A stretch of DNA of 62,353 nucleotides, filler included, from Nemertoderma westbladi (GCA_032718475.1; 4 parts of 4 records of this genome joined end to end with filler, not necessarily neighbours in it); one strand, 5' to 3'; counted from the first letter of the whole stretch, positions 24,675 to 38,221 are shown. The notes: generated from the sequence alone by a model not told the origin. Numbers and translations are program-made.

Positions 24675-26100
24675 GGTTTTCGCATATGCTGAGTTCAATG
24701 GTGACAATCCTAAACTCGTTGCATTGTGTCTAGCACCTGATGTTTGGGTGCGGTGCGGCACGAAAATTACAAGTAGCAGAAATTTTGGAATTTATTTGAT
24801 CACGGATCTGTGGGTTAGAAATGTATATAACAGGGTTTTCGCATATGCTGAGTTCATTGGTGACAATCCTAAAGTCGTTGCATTGTGTCTAGCACCTGAT
24901 GTTTGGGTGCGGTGCGGCACGAAAATTACAAGTAGCAGAAATTTTGGAATTTATTTGATCACGGATCTGTGGGTTAGAAATGTATATAACAGGGTTTTCG
25001 CATATGCTGAGTTCATTGGTGACAATCCTAAAGTCGTTGCATTGTGTCTAGCTCCTGATGTTTGGGTGCGGTGCGGCACGAAAATTACAAGTAGCAGAAA
25101 TTTTGGAATTTATTTGGTCACGGATCTGTGGGTTAGAAAGGTATATAACAGGGTTTTCGCATATGCTGAGTTCATTGGTGACAATCCGAAACTCGTTGCA
25201 TTGAGTCTAGCACCTGATGTTTGGGTGCGGTGCGGCACGAAAATTACAAGTAGCAGAAATTTTGGAATTTATTTGATCACGGATCTGTGGGTTAGAAATG
25301 TATATAACAGGGTTTTCGCATATGCTGAGTTCATTGGTGACAATCCTAAAGTCGTTGCATTGTGTCTAGCTCCTGATTTTTGGTTGCGGTGAGGCACGAA
25401 AATTACAAGTAGCACAAATTTTGGAATTTATTTGGTCACGGATCTGTGGGTTAGAAAGGTATATAACAGGGTTTTCGCATATGCTGAGTTCATTGGTGAC
25501 AATCCTAAACTCGTTGCATTGAGTCTAGCACCTGATGTTTGGGTGCGGTGCGGCACGAAAATTACAAGTAGCAGAAATTTTGGAATTTATTTGATCACGG
25601 ATCTGTGGGTTAGAAATGTATATAACAGGGTTTTCGCATATGCTGAGTTCATTGGTGACAATCCTAAAGTCGTTGCATTGTGTCTAGCTCCTGATTTTTG
25701 GTTGCGGTGAGGCACGAAAATTACAAGTAGCACAAATTTTGGAATTTATTTGGTCACGGATCTGTGGGTTAGAAAGGTATATAACAGGGTTTTCGCATAT
25801 GCTGAGTTCATTGGTGACAATCCTAAAGTCGTTGCATTGTGTCTAGCTCCTGATGTTTGGTTGCGGTGAGGCACGAAAATTACAAGTAGCACAAATTTTG
25901 GAATTTATTTGGTCACGGATCTGTGGGTTAGAAAGGTATATAACAGGGTTTTCGCATATGCTGAGTTCATTGGTGACAATCCTAAACTCGTTGCATTGAG
26001 TCTAGCACCTGATTTTTGGCTGCGGTACAGCACAAAATTTACAAGTAGAACAAATATTGGAATTTATTTGATCACGGATCTGTGGGTTAGAAATATATTT
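24675..26100. repeat. 159-bp tandem repeat, about 9 copies, subterminal in the piggyBac
   Basis: 53-aa periodicity in ORF 24724-25392; core ggttttcgcatatgctgagttcattggtgacaatcc. Confidence 0.96.
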
Positions 26101-26202
26101 AACTCAGTTGTATTATTGATGTATTATAATAGCATATTTCATATTTACCAGTATATATATGTGTAAAATACAAGCCGGCATAAAATACAAACAAAATATT
26201 AA

Positions 26203-28288
26203 TCAATCCGATTTGCAACAGTCATTGCAAATGACAACGCAGTGATTTAGGCAAACAGGTTTGACACAGACTCGGCAAGTCTTTCTCACTTTAGAAAGTT
26301 TATCTTTCGGAGTTTTATAACCTGGTCCAGTTATATTACTTAGGCAGATGTGGCACCTGTGTGGTTTGGAACTGCCTGGACAGCCGGGTTGATGCAGGAG
26401 GCTCAGTCTCAAAGCTGGAGGGAGAACCAAAGGTTGTACGGTAGGCCCGATGTTGAGGCTGTTGGGCCATATGAGGATGACTATGTGTAAGGGACCGCAG
26501 TACACGCGCCATAATATCAATGGTAGCCTTAGAAAGGCCCCTTGGATTATCAGACCGTCGCTGTATGTATATGGGGGACCACCAGTGCAGCTGCGAGGTC
26601 CCACCCAATGTTGAATGAATTTGATTGTCGTGGATTACCACTGGAAGCTATAGAATTTAAAGTTTGAGAATTTATTCTGGCTGTGTCCAGAATATAAGCG
26701 AAGCAAACCATTGTCCAACGATATGACTTAGTCTTTATTGAGTAGCCTACCATTCGTTGGTCGACAATGTCTGTTCCTCCCTTAGAGAAATCGTAGAGTT
26801 TTATCAATGCAGGTTTACCCTTGCCAGTGCACTTCATCATGGGCTTGGTTGATGTCAGCATCAATACATTCCTAAGAAAATAAATATACTTACGTGCAAA
26901 TCGTGCATGTAATATATTTATTATATTTTATATTAATTTGCTCCTGGACAATTTAGTGCAGGCATATTGGAAATTGCAGACAATCTGAATAAACTTTCCA
27001 GGACTTTTATTTTATTTGTATACGAAACTGCCTTATACCTTTACAAACTTTACCTGTACATAACTTTGTAAACTTTACCAATGTAAATGTTTGAACGCTA
27101 ATAACTCAGTCATTCCTTGATGAAATTAAACCAAACTTGGTACACATGTAGTCTATCAAAAGGTTCGAAATTCTACATACAGACAGGCCTCTATAGTTCC
27201 TCTGTCTGCCGCTAGGGGGCGAATAACTAGCTCAACAATTGTACTGCTGCGCGAAGTCCACACGTACGTGTTTATTTACTTTACCTTTTCCCAGAACTCT
27301 TTGTCTTCTGTACATATGACACTAGAACAGCTGGACCACCCTTACTAGTTGACCCCGACCGCCCTGGTCCTGTATCTCCACCTTGCTCATATAGGATTTG
27401 GACACTCTTCTCTTCACGTCCAGCAAAACTCGCAAACTCCTTTGGGACTCCAATTCTCGATGATTGGATAGTCCCAACGAGGGTTATGTTTTTGAGGATT
27501 TTTCTAAGTAGAAGGATTGATGTGTACTGGCGGTCAGTCGATATATTCCGACCACCTAGTTGCTGGAACTTCTCCAGGAACTCCACAAGGTGCACGACAA
27601 TATTGTCGAACCCTTGTACGTGAAACGGGGGTGGTGGTTCCATCACGACAGGTTTGGTAACTTGCACATATGCACAGTAAGTATACGGAAATGTTACGTC
27701 GTTCAGTGAACAGAAATTTATTCCAGTTTCTGTTGAACAGTTCCAAAACTGTTCTGAATGCTGCAAATTTATCCTCACTCCAACGCTCTTCTCTTGTCTC
27801 ATCATCATCAAAAGTTATGATTGAATGTAAGAATTGATGCCGGGATCGCCCCATAATGGCACTAAATATAGGGTGGCCTTTCAGGTCCTGAAACAGAATA
27901 TCTAAATCGTGCATGGACACACCCATCAGACCCCTAAAATAATTGAAGCCAATGAAAGCTTTTAGATCAATTATATCAATAACGTCCCAAGAGCTGCCGA
28001 GTTTGGACCTCTGATCTGCTGTTAGGGTGGGTAGAATTTTCTTGTGGACTTCTTCAATTCTTTTATTACTGCACTGTAAAATATGATTGAGCATATCTTC
28101 AGAAATAATCAAATTCCATGCCTCTTCGATATTTGTGAGTTCTCTTCCCTGGGAAATTGATCCTGGGATTCCTTGTATAACATCCCTGGTGGCTTGTCGA
28201 CCCTTTTTAGAGGGAGCTTTACTAGTCCAGCGTATCAGGGATTTATCTTGCAGTTGCTTTGTATATTGATGGTCAACCGCATCAACTA
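26203..28288 (-). pseudogene. piggyBac transposase, two visible exons (28288-27285 and 26871-26203), frameshifted
   Basis: FDDDETREERWSEDKFAAFR, RNISTDRQYTS, TLVGTI, KPALIKLYDFSKGGTDIVDQ, ILDTARINS, C-terminal Cys-rich RCHIC..CRVCVKPVCLNH; GT-AG intron 27284-26872 restores KSSGKR-NVLMLTST. Confidence 0.9.
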
Positions 28289-28722
28289 CACTGAAAAAAG
28301 TAAGTGGTGGTTAAAGTAAGTAAGTTGTTAAAAAACTGCCGGTTTGCAAGAACTACCTGGGGTTGTTTTGCAACGAAAACCACCGCAAGTTGTTTTTACA
28401 AACCGGCGGTAAATAAATGTCGTCTAAAACTGGCAGTTGTGCAAACCGGGGGTTAATTATTTCTGTAGGGTGTGAGATCAAGTTGTTTTAGTACAAAATA
28501 TTTTTTGGTACTAAAACAACTTGATCTCACACCCTACAGTCATATCCCTAACTTTCTTTACTTAATTTAAACTTATATTAATTTTTGTTTTTAAATTTTA
28601 TTTTTATTAATTTATTTATAAAATATTATTATACTAAAACAACTTGATCTCACACCCTACAGTCATATTCCCTAACTTTCTTTACTTAATTTAAACTTAT
28701 ATTAATTTTTGACTGTGGATGA

Positions 28723-31694
28723 ATGGCGATTGTACCAAGAATTTTGTTCCTACAATTAATAAATTTAGGCTCGCAACTAATTTTGGGTCAACTTCAAAGA
28801 GAATTTCTTGAAAATTGCAAGAAGCACAACGTAATACCGAAGGGTTTGAGGATTTGCTTAAACCTTAATTTACCTGGTAATTCTATTCATTTTGAACAGG
28901 TTCGCATTAAAGCTAAAAATAATATTTTTAAAGCCGAATTAAATATTTTGGAAGTTGTTTCTCTTCATGCCGAGACGAGGCGAAGACATTTTCTTAGTCT
29001 TTTTATGAGAGCTAAATCATCTGCTATCACCTATGATAATTCGAATTCAATCTTGTCCCGCGTTTATGATCACATGAAAAACACTTCTCGTACAGTGAGA
29101 CAGCGTCTGATAAAAAAGTGGAACAATTTAATGAATGAAACCCGCTCTGCTTCAAGCCCTAACAATGTTTTATACGATAATTTGTTGTCTCATAAAAGAC
29201 ATAAACCTGGACCTCAGGGATCCGCACAACGTAGACTTAATTACTTAAACAGACGCAAAAAAATCGAAAATAGATTAGTTGATTCAATGTCAATGAACAA
29301 ATGCGACCCTACTGTATTTGATCCTGTTGTCTATGAAGACATAGAAATCGATGACACAGCAATTTTATTGCTCAAGAAAGGACCTTCGTTTTGCCCAATT
29401 CCTCCACATGCTGATTTGTATCAGGCGAACATAGACTTTATAAAATTTGCTTCATCTATAAGAATAAAATTTGATAATTACATGCAAGAAAAGAAGACAA
29501 ATTTAGGGGTTACAGTAGTTCACAGAGAAGACGATCAGGCCGTTGAAAGTGAAACAGCACCTAATTTTCATCCACGAAAAAAACCGTGGCCCGGTAAATC
29601 TCGTTTTTCATTGAACTCTAACAATCCGATTCTAGAACAATTTTTGAATGAGGTTAGAACTGATTTATTTGATGTATCTAAACGAATTAAAACAAAAGAT
29701 AATTTAAGTAAAAGTGAGAGAATTGCTTTAACTAAATTAAAGAAAACATGTGGCACCATAGGGAGCGAAAGTGTTATTAGGATTCAAGATAAAGGTTCAC
29801 AACGATTTGTTGTTCTGAAAAATTCAACATATTGTAGTAGTGTTGAACGACACTTAGAAGATAAATCTTGCTTTAAACAGCACGATTTGGATCCTTCTGT
29901 AGATTATTTAGTTAAAGTGACTCAATTTGTTTTAAAATGGAAAAATTTGAAAACAATCATTGAATGCAAGGATTGGCTCATCAGCCAGGACCCACAACCA
30001 GGTACAGTATTTGGAAATGTGAAAACACACAAGGAAAATCATCCATTGAGGTATATTCAATCTGCCTGTGGATCAGTTACTGAGCGTTTGGGCAAGTTTG
30101 TTGAATATTATTTACACGAGTTTGGTAGCAAACATGATGCTTTTCTAAAAAATACATTTGACGTTTTGATTTGGATACGAGATATCAATGAACGTCTAGC
30201 TCCCCTTCCGCCAAACTCTAGCTTTTTGTGCCTTGATGTATCAAATTTCTTCCCTTCAGTTGATAACTGCATGGGTTTAGCGGCAGTTGAGGAAACTCTG
30301 GAACAATACAGAACAATTGTTGCAGAAGGTGACCCACCTAATGAATGCATATTAGAAGCTCTTAAAATTTGCCTTGGAAGCAGTAATTGTGCTTTCAATG
30401 GCAAACACTTCACCCAGTCTGGGGGTTCAGCTATGGGACCTTCTTATTCTTGTACCTACACCGATATATGGGGAGCCAAATTCATTGACACGGCAGTGTC
30501 TTCCTTTAATAACAGTCCACAAGAATACAAAAGATACCGAGACGACATTATTTCCTTTGGAATTAATTTTTCGGAAAATATTGTTACAAATTTAGTCACA
30601 CATTTAAATGAGACAGTACTTCCCGGAAAGATTTCTTTAAGTTAGAACAATTTGGTACAAAAGTAAATTTTCTGGATTTAACTATTTTTATTGATGACAG
30701 TGGATACATCCAAACTAAAAATTATCACAAGCCTATGGACGTACATCAGTATTTGTGTCCTTCAAGCGCACATCCACGTTCACAGATTCAAAACATCCCT
30801 TATGGTGTAGCTTTACGCTTGCGCAGGAATTGTAGTTTAGATTCAGATCTTTTTTCTAGTCTCATTGAGTATGGTTCTGCATTTGTCGCGAGAGGCTGGG
30901 ATGAGAAAATTGTTGCTCAACAATTTGCTTCTGCAGCAGTCAGTACGCAGTTTCAAGCCCTTAAAGTAAAAAAAGACAAGCCTAGAAAGAATAAAAAGAA
31001 ACAACTTTTCTATGTACACAATAAGGACCCTCTATTACCTAACCCCAAGGTGATTATTTCAAAACATTCCACAATTCTAGATGAACATTCAATGACAAAA
31101 TCTTTTTGGAATAGTCATAAATTGTAAGTTGTAACTCGCCGCGCACCAACCTTAAAGAATATCCTTGCGCCATCCACACTGAGGTGTACAAGGGAACTTT
31201 CACCTTGTGATTTTCTAGGAGTTCATAAATGTAACAGAGCGGCATGTGTCCCCTGTAAAGTATTATTACCTTTATAATATGTCAGCTCAACAACTAACAA
31301 AAGCCACAGGGTTTATATAAAGAATGATTTATCTTGCAATGCTAAAAATGTTATTTATGTGGTGACTTGCATTAAATGTAACTTATTTGGTATCAGTTCA
31401 ACAGAGGACTTAAAGCCTAGGATAGCCAACTACAAGACAAAGATAATTAATGACAAACCATCGACTGCCATCGACAGACATTTTACTACCTCGGGTCATT
31501 CTTACAATGCACACTTCAGAATTACACCATTTGATTGTCTACCGATCTCAGCAAACAAAAAACTGAACCGACAAAAACTCAGAATTAAAGTGGGAGAATG
31601 GCAGTGCCGGTTGGAAACTTTACAACCAATGGGTTTGAATGTTCTCAACGAGGCGGTGATCAATAACTTTGGACTTGATGTTTTCAATCCTTAA
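28723..31694 (+). pseudogene. Penelope-like polyprotein (RT, Cys-rich linker, GIY-YIG endonuclease), at least two frameshifts
   Basis: LLKKGPSFCP, DNLSKSER.AL, IQDKGS, KTHKENHPLR, CLDVSNFFPS, GSAMG, RYRDDI, HQYLCPSSAHP..NIPYG, NVIYVVTCIKC, LETLQPMGLN. Confidence 0.92.
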
Positions 31695-31787
31695 GAATTA
31701 TAAAGATTAAAGATTCACAGATTTAACAAACTCATTAGTTGCTAGGGAAGTATTATTATTTGTAGTGCATTAATTCTAGAATATCGT

Positions 31788-31827
31788 TTATTTGAAAAAG
31801 ATAGAGAGAGCTATCGAAAGCTAATAA
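31788..31827 (+). ncRNA. Minimal type I hammerhead-like motif in the Penelope 3' pseudo-LTR
   Basis: ttat-TTGAAAA-a-gatag(agagag)ctatc-GAAA-gc-TA-ataa: U3-A8 covariant core, 5-bp stem II, palindromic AGCT stem III. Confidence 0.55.
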
Positions 31828-31984
31828 TAAAAAAATAAATTTTTAGTGATTGATCATATAAGTTGTAACTTTTTGAAATCTTAAAATATTATTATAAAAA
31901 AAATATATATATATAATTAATTAAACTTCAGGTATTTTTAACCGCCAGTTGAGGCCGGTTTTGTAACCGCAGGTTCTGGTTGAA

Positions 31985-32598
31985 CCCAAATCCCCGGTCG
32001 GATATTGAATTCGACTTTAGTAACCTATGGTTTAGTGCTGGTAACTTGCGGTTCAACCATGCCCTCCATTGGTTTTTTACCAGAAATCCCCGGTCGGATA
32101 TTGAATTCGAATTTAGTAACCTATGGTTTACTGCTGGTAACTTGCGGTTCAACCATGCCCTACCATTGGTTTTTTACCGGAAATCCCCGGTCGGATATTG
32201 AATTCGAAATTTAGTAACCTATGGTTTACTGCTGGTAACTTGCGGTTCAACCATGCCCTGCCATTGGTTTTTTACCAGAAATCCCCGGTCGGATATTGAA
32301 TCGACTTTAGTAACCTATGGTTTAGTGCTGGTAACTTGCGGTTCAACCATGCCCTACCATTGGTTTTTTACCAGAAATCCCCGGTCGGATATTGAATTCG
32401 ACTTTAGTAACCTATGGTTTAGTGCTGGTAACTTGCGGTTCAACCATGTCCTACCATTGGTTTTTTACCAGAAATCCCCGGTCGGATATTGAATTTGACT
32501 TTAGTAACCTATGGTTTAGTGCTGGTAACTTGCGGTTCAACCATGCCCTACCATTGGTTTTTTTTAGCAGAAATCCCCGGTAGGATATTGAATTCGAT
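31985..32598. repeat. ~97-bp tandem repeat, about 6.5 copies, subterminal region of the CACTA-type element
   Basis: Unit aaatccccggtcggatattgaattcgactttagtaacctatggtttagtgctggtaacttgcggttcaaccatgccctaccattggttttttaccag. Confidence 0.96.
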
Positions 32599-33132
32599 TG
32601 GGCTGGTAACATAAACACACGTAGAATTATATTGTAATCTAATTATATTCAAATAACAAAATTGAATTAAAGTAAATCAAATTATGAAAACACAGCGCAT
32701 CAATCATTACAATTATAAAATACATACAGCGCATGGGGTGAGTATGTAAAATGGCACCACTGAACTATTATAACTATAAAATCAATCTATTTAAAAAATA
32801 TACAAGATCCAAACGTTTTTATCTTAACATTGATTCGCTGCGGTGGAGACTATATTGCATGCCAAAGCATGTGTATATAGAAAATATGTGTACTCTGGCA
32901 AACAACAAATCAAATTATAAAAACACATCGTATTGAGTTAGTGTATATTTAAACTACTAAACTATATTATAGGTAAAAAACACTAAACCACTAAAACTGC
33001 TATAGGTAAAAATAAATCAATTTAAAAAAGGTATTTTTATATTCATTTTTGTAAAACAATATCAATAGGTTTTGCAGTGCAATGCAAAATATATGCATAC
33101 TGCGGGAAAAGGTGTCTGTAAAAAAACCCAGC

Positions 33133-36100
33133 TATTGAAGTTCCTCAAAGGTAAATTTGAAATTGACAAAATAATGGTTCTTGTACGATAAGCACTGCAA
33201 TTCCGTAGGCAACCTCGGATAAAAATATGACAGCCATAGTTTATGTATTGATGGTGCATCATTGGGATTTAAATATATTTCATAAGCTGAAATGTGTGAA
33301 TTATAGCACAGCGTTTCTAACTTTTGAACAGTAAATAGTGCATCGCTTTCATCTTTAAGTACTTCTAACTTTTAGCACTTTTTAGCACTTTTTTTAGCAC
33401 TTTAATAAATCACTTTCTTTATTCCGGTAATTATAACAGATTATTCTGCACATTCGTCGACTTTCAAAAGGCCTTCGATTTAGTTAACCGATCAGCTCTC
33501 TGGCATAAACTTTTCAATCTTGGATTTTCTGGTCGAATTCTACAAGTTATTAAGAGTATGTATGCCGAAGTTAAATCTTGTGTCCGTTGGGGTGGAGTCT
33601 ACAGTGAGAGTTTCCCTTGTCTAGTTGGTGTTAGACAGGGTGAGTCATTGTCCCCATTGCTTTTTTCTTTATTTATCAATGACCTTGAGCTGGAGTTGAT
33701 CCGTGGAGGTGCTCCTGGGATTGATCTTGGGACTTTTAAATTATTTCTTCTTCTTTATGCTGATGATATCGTGTTGCTAAGCGACACAGCTGTTGGTCTC
33801 CAGAAGGCTCTGGACATTCTGGGTAACTATAGTTCATTCTGGGGAATGAAAGTTAATCTAAGTAAATCCAAGGTTATGGTCTTTCGTAAAGGCGGGCCTC
33901 TCCTTCGAAACGAACACTGGTTGTATAAGTGTAGCCCCCTGGCAGTAGTTTCTTCCTACTCTTACCTTGGTATTGTATTCACCCCATCTGGTTGCTTCAC
34001 TCTTGCCCAGCAATCTCTTGCAGACAAAGCCAATAAAGCGTATTTCACTCTCCTTAAGTATCTCAGACAGTACCCCAATTTATCATTTAAACTTAAGCTG
34101 CATCTGTTTAATTCTCTTATCCGTCCTATATTAATGTACTCCTGCGAAGTTTGGGGTTTTCATAATTCGGATGCTATTAATCGGATCGTTCTAAAATTTC
34201 TTAAATTTATACTCGGTGTCAAGACTTCGACACCCGATTTTATGGTGTATGGTGAAACTGGTTATTTTCCGCTCTCAATTTCCAGAAAACTTAGTATTAT
34301 TAAGTATTGGATTCGTATTTTGAATCTCCCTAACTACCGTCTCGTTAAGAAGGCCTATCTTCTCCAACTTCATGACTGCTTGGTTTTTAATTCAGTTAAC
34401 TGGGCCTCCAATGTTCGGGACCTTCTAGGATCATTAGGCTTCCGGGGAATTTGGGACAACCAGTACGTAGAACACCAAACCCTATTCTTAGCAGAGCTCA
34501 GGACACGACTCCAAGATAATTATATCCAACAGTGGTGGTCACTAGTGAGTTCTTCTCCCAAATCGCTGCTCTACGTTAAGTATTTATTCCAGGAGGAATC
34601 CTACCTGAATGTTCTACACAGGTACCCCAGACTCTGTCGGTCGCTTGCGAGATTCCGTACATCATCTCACACCCTAATGATCGAGCAAGGTAGATGGAAT
34701 AGCACACCCCGTAATGAACGTTATTGCCCTGTCTGAATGTTTGCGGTTATTGAGGATGAATATCACTTTTTGCTAAAATGCCCAGTCTATCAGGATCTCA
34801 GAGTAATTCATTTGTCTACTCGTTTACCACGGAAACCCCACATTAAATAAATATAAAGACTTAGTAGGCTCAAACTCTAACGAAAAAATCAAATGTCTGG
34901 CAATTTTTTTGGCAAAGGCGTCCCAACGGCGCGATAAAATTTTACAACCACATTAGAACGCGGTTTCGGGTAACTTTTTCAGTTGTTTTATAGTTATGTG
35001 TTCATGTTCTATGTAAATTACTATATAAATTACAATACGTGCATATCTTTACCGTACTGCTGACACTGCTTTACCGGTCTTACATTCTTTAGTATTTTCT
35101 TCAGTTTGTTTACTTGTAAAATCTAACAATAATGGCTCCATTTGAGCATGTTGTAGTAATAAACAGAAATTGAATTGAATCTATTTTATTTACAAGTCCA
35201 AAACAAGGCATTCCAAATGCATTATAATCAGAGGTAAATATAATACTCTTTCCAGTTGTATAAATATTACCAAGGTAAGCTATCTTTCTAAAACAATGCA
35301 TTTGGGTTGATTCACAATTATTTACACCATTTATTCCCCTCACACTTTCATAAAGAAATCCGGACCCGTTGCTTGTTAATTGATAACACAATTGCTCTTG
35401 TAAACGACTACTTAGGAATTTTGGTAAATTTTTATAACATTGTTGGGACTTAGTCCAACGTTTAAGAACTGAATGTTTCGCTTCAAAACGCATCGCCCAA
35501 TGCGTGCACGGTGGGCCAAAATTTATGATATCATCAACCAAGTGTAACATGTAATGCAACTTAGGAAAATATTTCTTATAACACTTAAAATAAAAGCATT
35601 ACCATGCTCTTCCACAAGTGCTTCGAGAAGACAAATGTCATCTGGAGATATAAAATAAGACATAACAATTTGTACAATCCTATATAGAAACATTAGACAT
35701 TGCCATTTCGCATTACTTTCCTTAAAATACTCACCAACAGCTACTGGTAAAACATTTAAAAGGACATATGTCTGAATGGCAGACTGGCGTAGGGTGTACG
35801 TACAACCCTTCAGAGGTTAATTGTTTATATTGTATCTTTGCGGGAATATCTGTACATTGTCTATTTGAATAGTTATATTGACTGATTTTGTTGTTAAGTT
35901 CATCAATCGACAATATATGTCTGGTTACAATCAAATCTTGAAGTATTAGTTTAATTTCAACAATAACCACGCCTTCAAAGAAATCATGATGAAAATCATG
36001 TATTAAACAAGTTGTTAATGAAAAGTTCGGAATATCTGACAATGAACTGGGACCATTAACACCAAACATAACTGAGTTGGCTTTCCGTGTGGAAATTCGA

Positions 36101-37291
36101 TTGTCACTGTCCATAACCAATTTCAGTTGACTTGTATAAAGCTCTTCTGTTCTCAATTCTAACTCTGAACTTTTTATTTTAATTGGTATTTCGATATTTT
36201 GCAATGATATCATGCAACTGCGGCAAAAACACTGTGCCGAAGCACTTTGTTTAAATCCGCCAATTAAGGCTGATGCAGGGTTATCGGCGACCAAACACAA
36301 TAAAGTTCCATAACACTTTAAATTATTAAATGTGTAACCTTCACCTAAAATTTTCATAGCTCTTATGAAATCAGACAAAATTTCATTCATATACAAGGAA
36401 ACGTCAACACTAAAACAAACAGATTGCAAAAAAATACAGTTTAATTTCGATCGAAATTGTGGACGGATATTTGCGAGTGACCAATAAAATAAACCGAGTT
36501 TATGCTTTTTTACATAAGACCCTAATGGATTACAAAATTCAACATCGTCATAATAGAGAATGAACTGTAACAATGTTGCTAGGTTATTTGAGTTTTTAGC
36601 CAATGGATGGTTCTTAAAAAAAAGCCCCATCTGATATATCGCAAAAATAATTTTCCAAATCAGGTTCCAAGTTACGTTTTTGTTCTATTTCATTCAATAT
36701 TTCTGGGTTTGTTAACAATTGTGCAAGTTGTTCAAGTACGGGGACAAAACAAAACGAGGAACTATTGGGAAGTTGTACTGACCTGGGGTCAATTAACCCA
36801 CATTCGGAAACATAAAAACTATGTCTAAGAAATGGCGTAGAAAGTTTTTGGAATGCTGACTCCTGATTTTGAGGGATAGGATTATGGATGAGGTCTGGAA
36901 TAGTTTTCACTACAATATTTCCAGCATTTTCCGTCATATTTCCATTATGCTTGCAGTTTAAAATAAATTTTGCCATTTCCATGCACTCTGAATCCATTTT
37001 ATTGCAAAATATCGGCAAAGGTAAATATTTCTTAGAGTACTCAGGTTCTGAGGTAAAATTCGGGGGAAGGGTTAGGGTACTAGTACCAGGTTCTTCCACT
37101 CTAAGTCTAGCAGGTGCAAAGCAGTTTTTTGGAATATCGTTTGCTAAAATACTGTGTTTTCGAAACATATGGGATCTTAAACCAGAGTATGTACAAAACT
37201 TACTTCCACATACTGAATCTACTCTATCAGTTACGTTGCACACAACATTGAATGAATTCGAATATTTGTAGGCCCGTAGGTAATTTTCCAT
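33133..37291 (-). pseudogene. EnSpm/CACTA-type transposase with N-terminal C2H2-like finger; frameshifted and split by a LINE
   Basis: CGSKFCTYSGLRSHMFRKH; DISDG; LYYDDVEFCNPLGS..KHKLGLFYWSLANI; ADNPAS..GGF..FCRSC; HDFHHDFFEGV; PKLHYMLH..FGP..WAMRFEAKH; probable C-terminal piece LETLCYNSHISAYEI at 33133-33357. Confidence 0.82.
33452..35030 (+). mobile_element. 5'-truncated non-LTR retrotransposon, RTE-X-like (RT plus C-terminal CCHC-type knuckle)
   Basis: VDFQKAFD, GVRQGESLSPLLF, LLYADD, YSCEVWG, RFRTSSHTLMIEQGRW..RYCPV..EDEYHFLLKCP; the clade call is from motif recall. Confidence 0.85.
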
Positions 37292-37399
37292 TCTCTGATT
37301 TATAAAATGTGCAATCTATCCAGATAATTTATGCCTTCCAGGAACTGATCGGAGAGGAATGGAATGGAGATTCTGTTAGGATAAAATAATAAGAAAATA

Positions 37400-38220
37400 C
37401 CATCATATATATAACTAAAATATAAGATAGAAGTCCCATAGCATAATTTGGAAACAACATCCACATCATGTAAGTATCACTCACTTGTAATGCTAAAGTT
37501 TATGATTGATATTGATCATTATCTATTGGTTTAAAACTATATATATATGAAAAAGACGAGTTTCTGAAGTCAGCGATACCATCATGGTCGCAGTGTCCGA
37601 GTGGATACGGCGCCTGAACTGCTTACACAATAGTGTTTGGTGGCGCAGGTTCGAATCTGACTAAAGGCTGTAGAAATTTCGCACTGTTGTGTCCCTAGGC
37701 AAGACACTTGAGACATTAGTGCCTACGTCAACCCAGCGGTATAATGGGAACCTGGCTTTGCTGGGGTAATGATAATAAAAGCGCTTTGAGCATGCTGAGC
37801 GTAGAAAAGCGCTATATAAATAACCAATATTATTATTATTATTATCATTTCATATAAGCATAAAATATAAGATAGAAGTCCCATAGCATAATTTGGTTTG
37901 TGAGAAACAACATCCACATCATGTAAGTATCACTCACTTGTACGTATATAATGCTAAAGTTTATGATTGATATTGATCATTTTCTATTGGTTTAAAACTA
38001 TATATATATGAAAAAGACGAGTTTCTGAAGTCAGCGATACCATCATTTCATATAAGCATAAAATATAAGATAGAAGTCCCATAGCATAATTTGGTTTGCG
38101 AGAAACAACATCCACATCATGTAAGTATCACTCACTTGTACGTATATAATGCAAAGTTTATGATTGATATTGATCATTTTCTATTGATTTAAAACTATAT
38201 GAATATGCCGAATTTCTGAA
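37400..38220. repeat. ~198-bp tandem repeat, 3 copies, with a SINE inserted between the first two
   Basis: taaaatataagatagaagtcccatagcataatttgg recurs at ~37415, ~37861 and ~38059. Confidence 0.9.
37586..37843 (+). mobile_element. tRNA-derived SINE with CORE-like centre and L2-like (ATT)n tail
   Basis: A box TGTCCGAGTGG, B box GGTTCGAATC, gttgtgtccctaggcaagacactt, tail aagcgctttgag..gcgctatataaa..(tat)n; TSD atcat, with the empty site visible in the next repeat unit (~38042). Confidence 0.88.
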
Positions 38221-38221
38221 T

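Larger units (their letters stand above)
24394..28288 (-). mobile_element. piggyBac DNA transposon (3' portion), interrupted at 28289
   Basis: TTAA (24390-24393) followed by CCCT terminus; subterminal tandem repeats; piggyBac transposase motifs. Confidence 0.88.
28463..31900 (+). mobile_element. Penelope-like retroelement (RT + GIY-YIG) with inverted/duplicated 5' end
   Basis: 5' hairpin ctgtagggtgtgagatcaagttgttttagtac/gtactaaaacaacttgatctcacaccctacag, plus a direct duplication; PLE ORF; hammerhead-like motif in the 3' pseudo-LTR. Confidence 0.92.

Noticed and set aside
24724-26166. 53-aa repeat protein, and a hammerhead-like ctgatg...gtgc..gcac-gaaa motif in the 159-bp repeat
   Set aside because: The ORFs follow the DNA period and are broken by stops; the core reads CUGAUGU, not CUGAnGA, with wrong spacing to stem II
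37586-37660. Functional tRNA gene (likewise 46208-46264)
   Set aside because: A and B boxes are present, but there is no proper acceptor stem and the sequence continues into a SINE or retrozyme body
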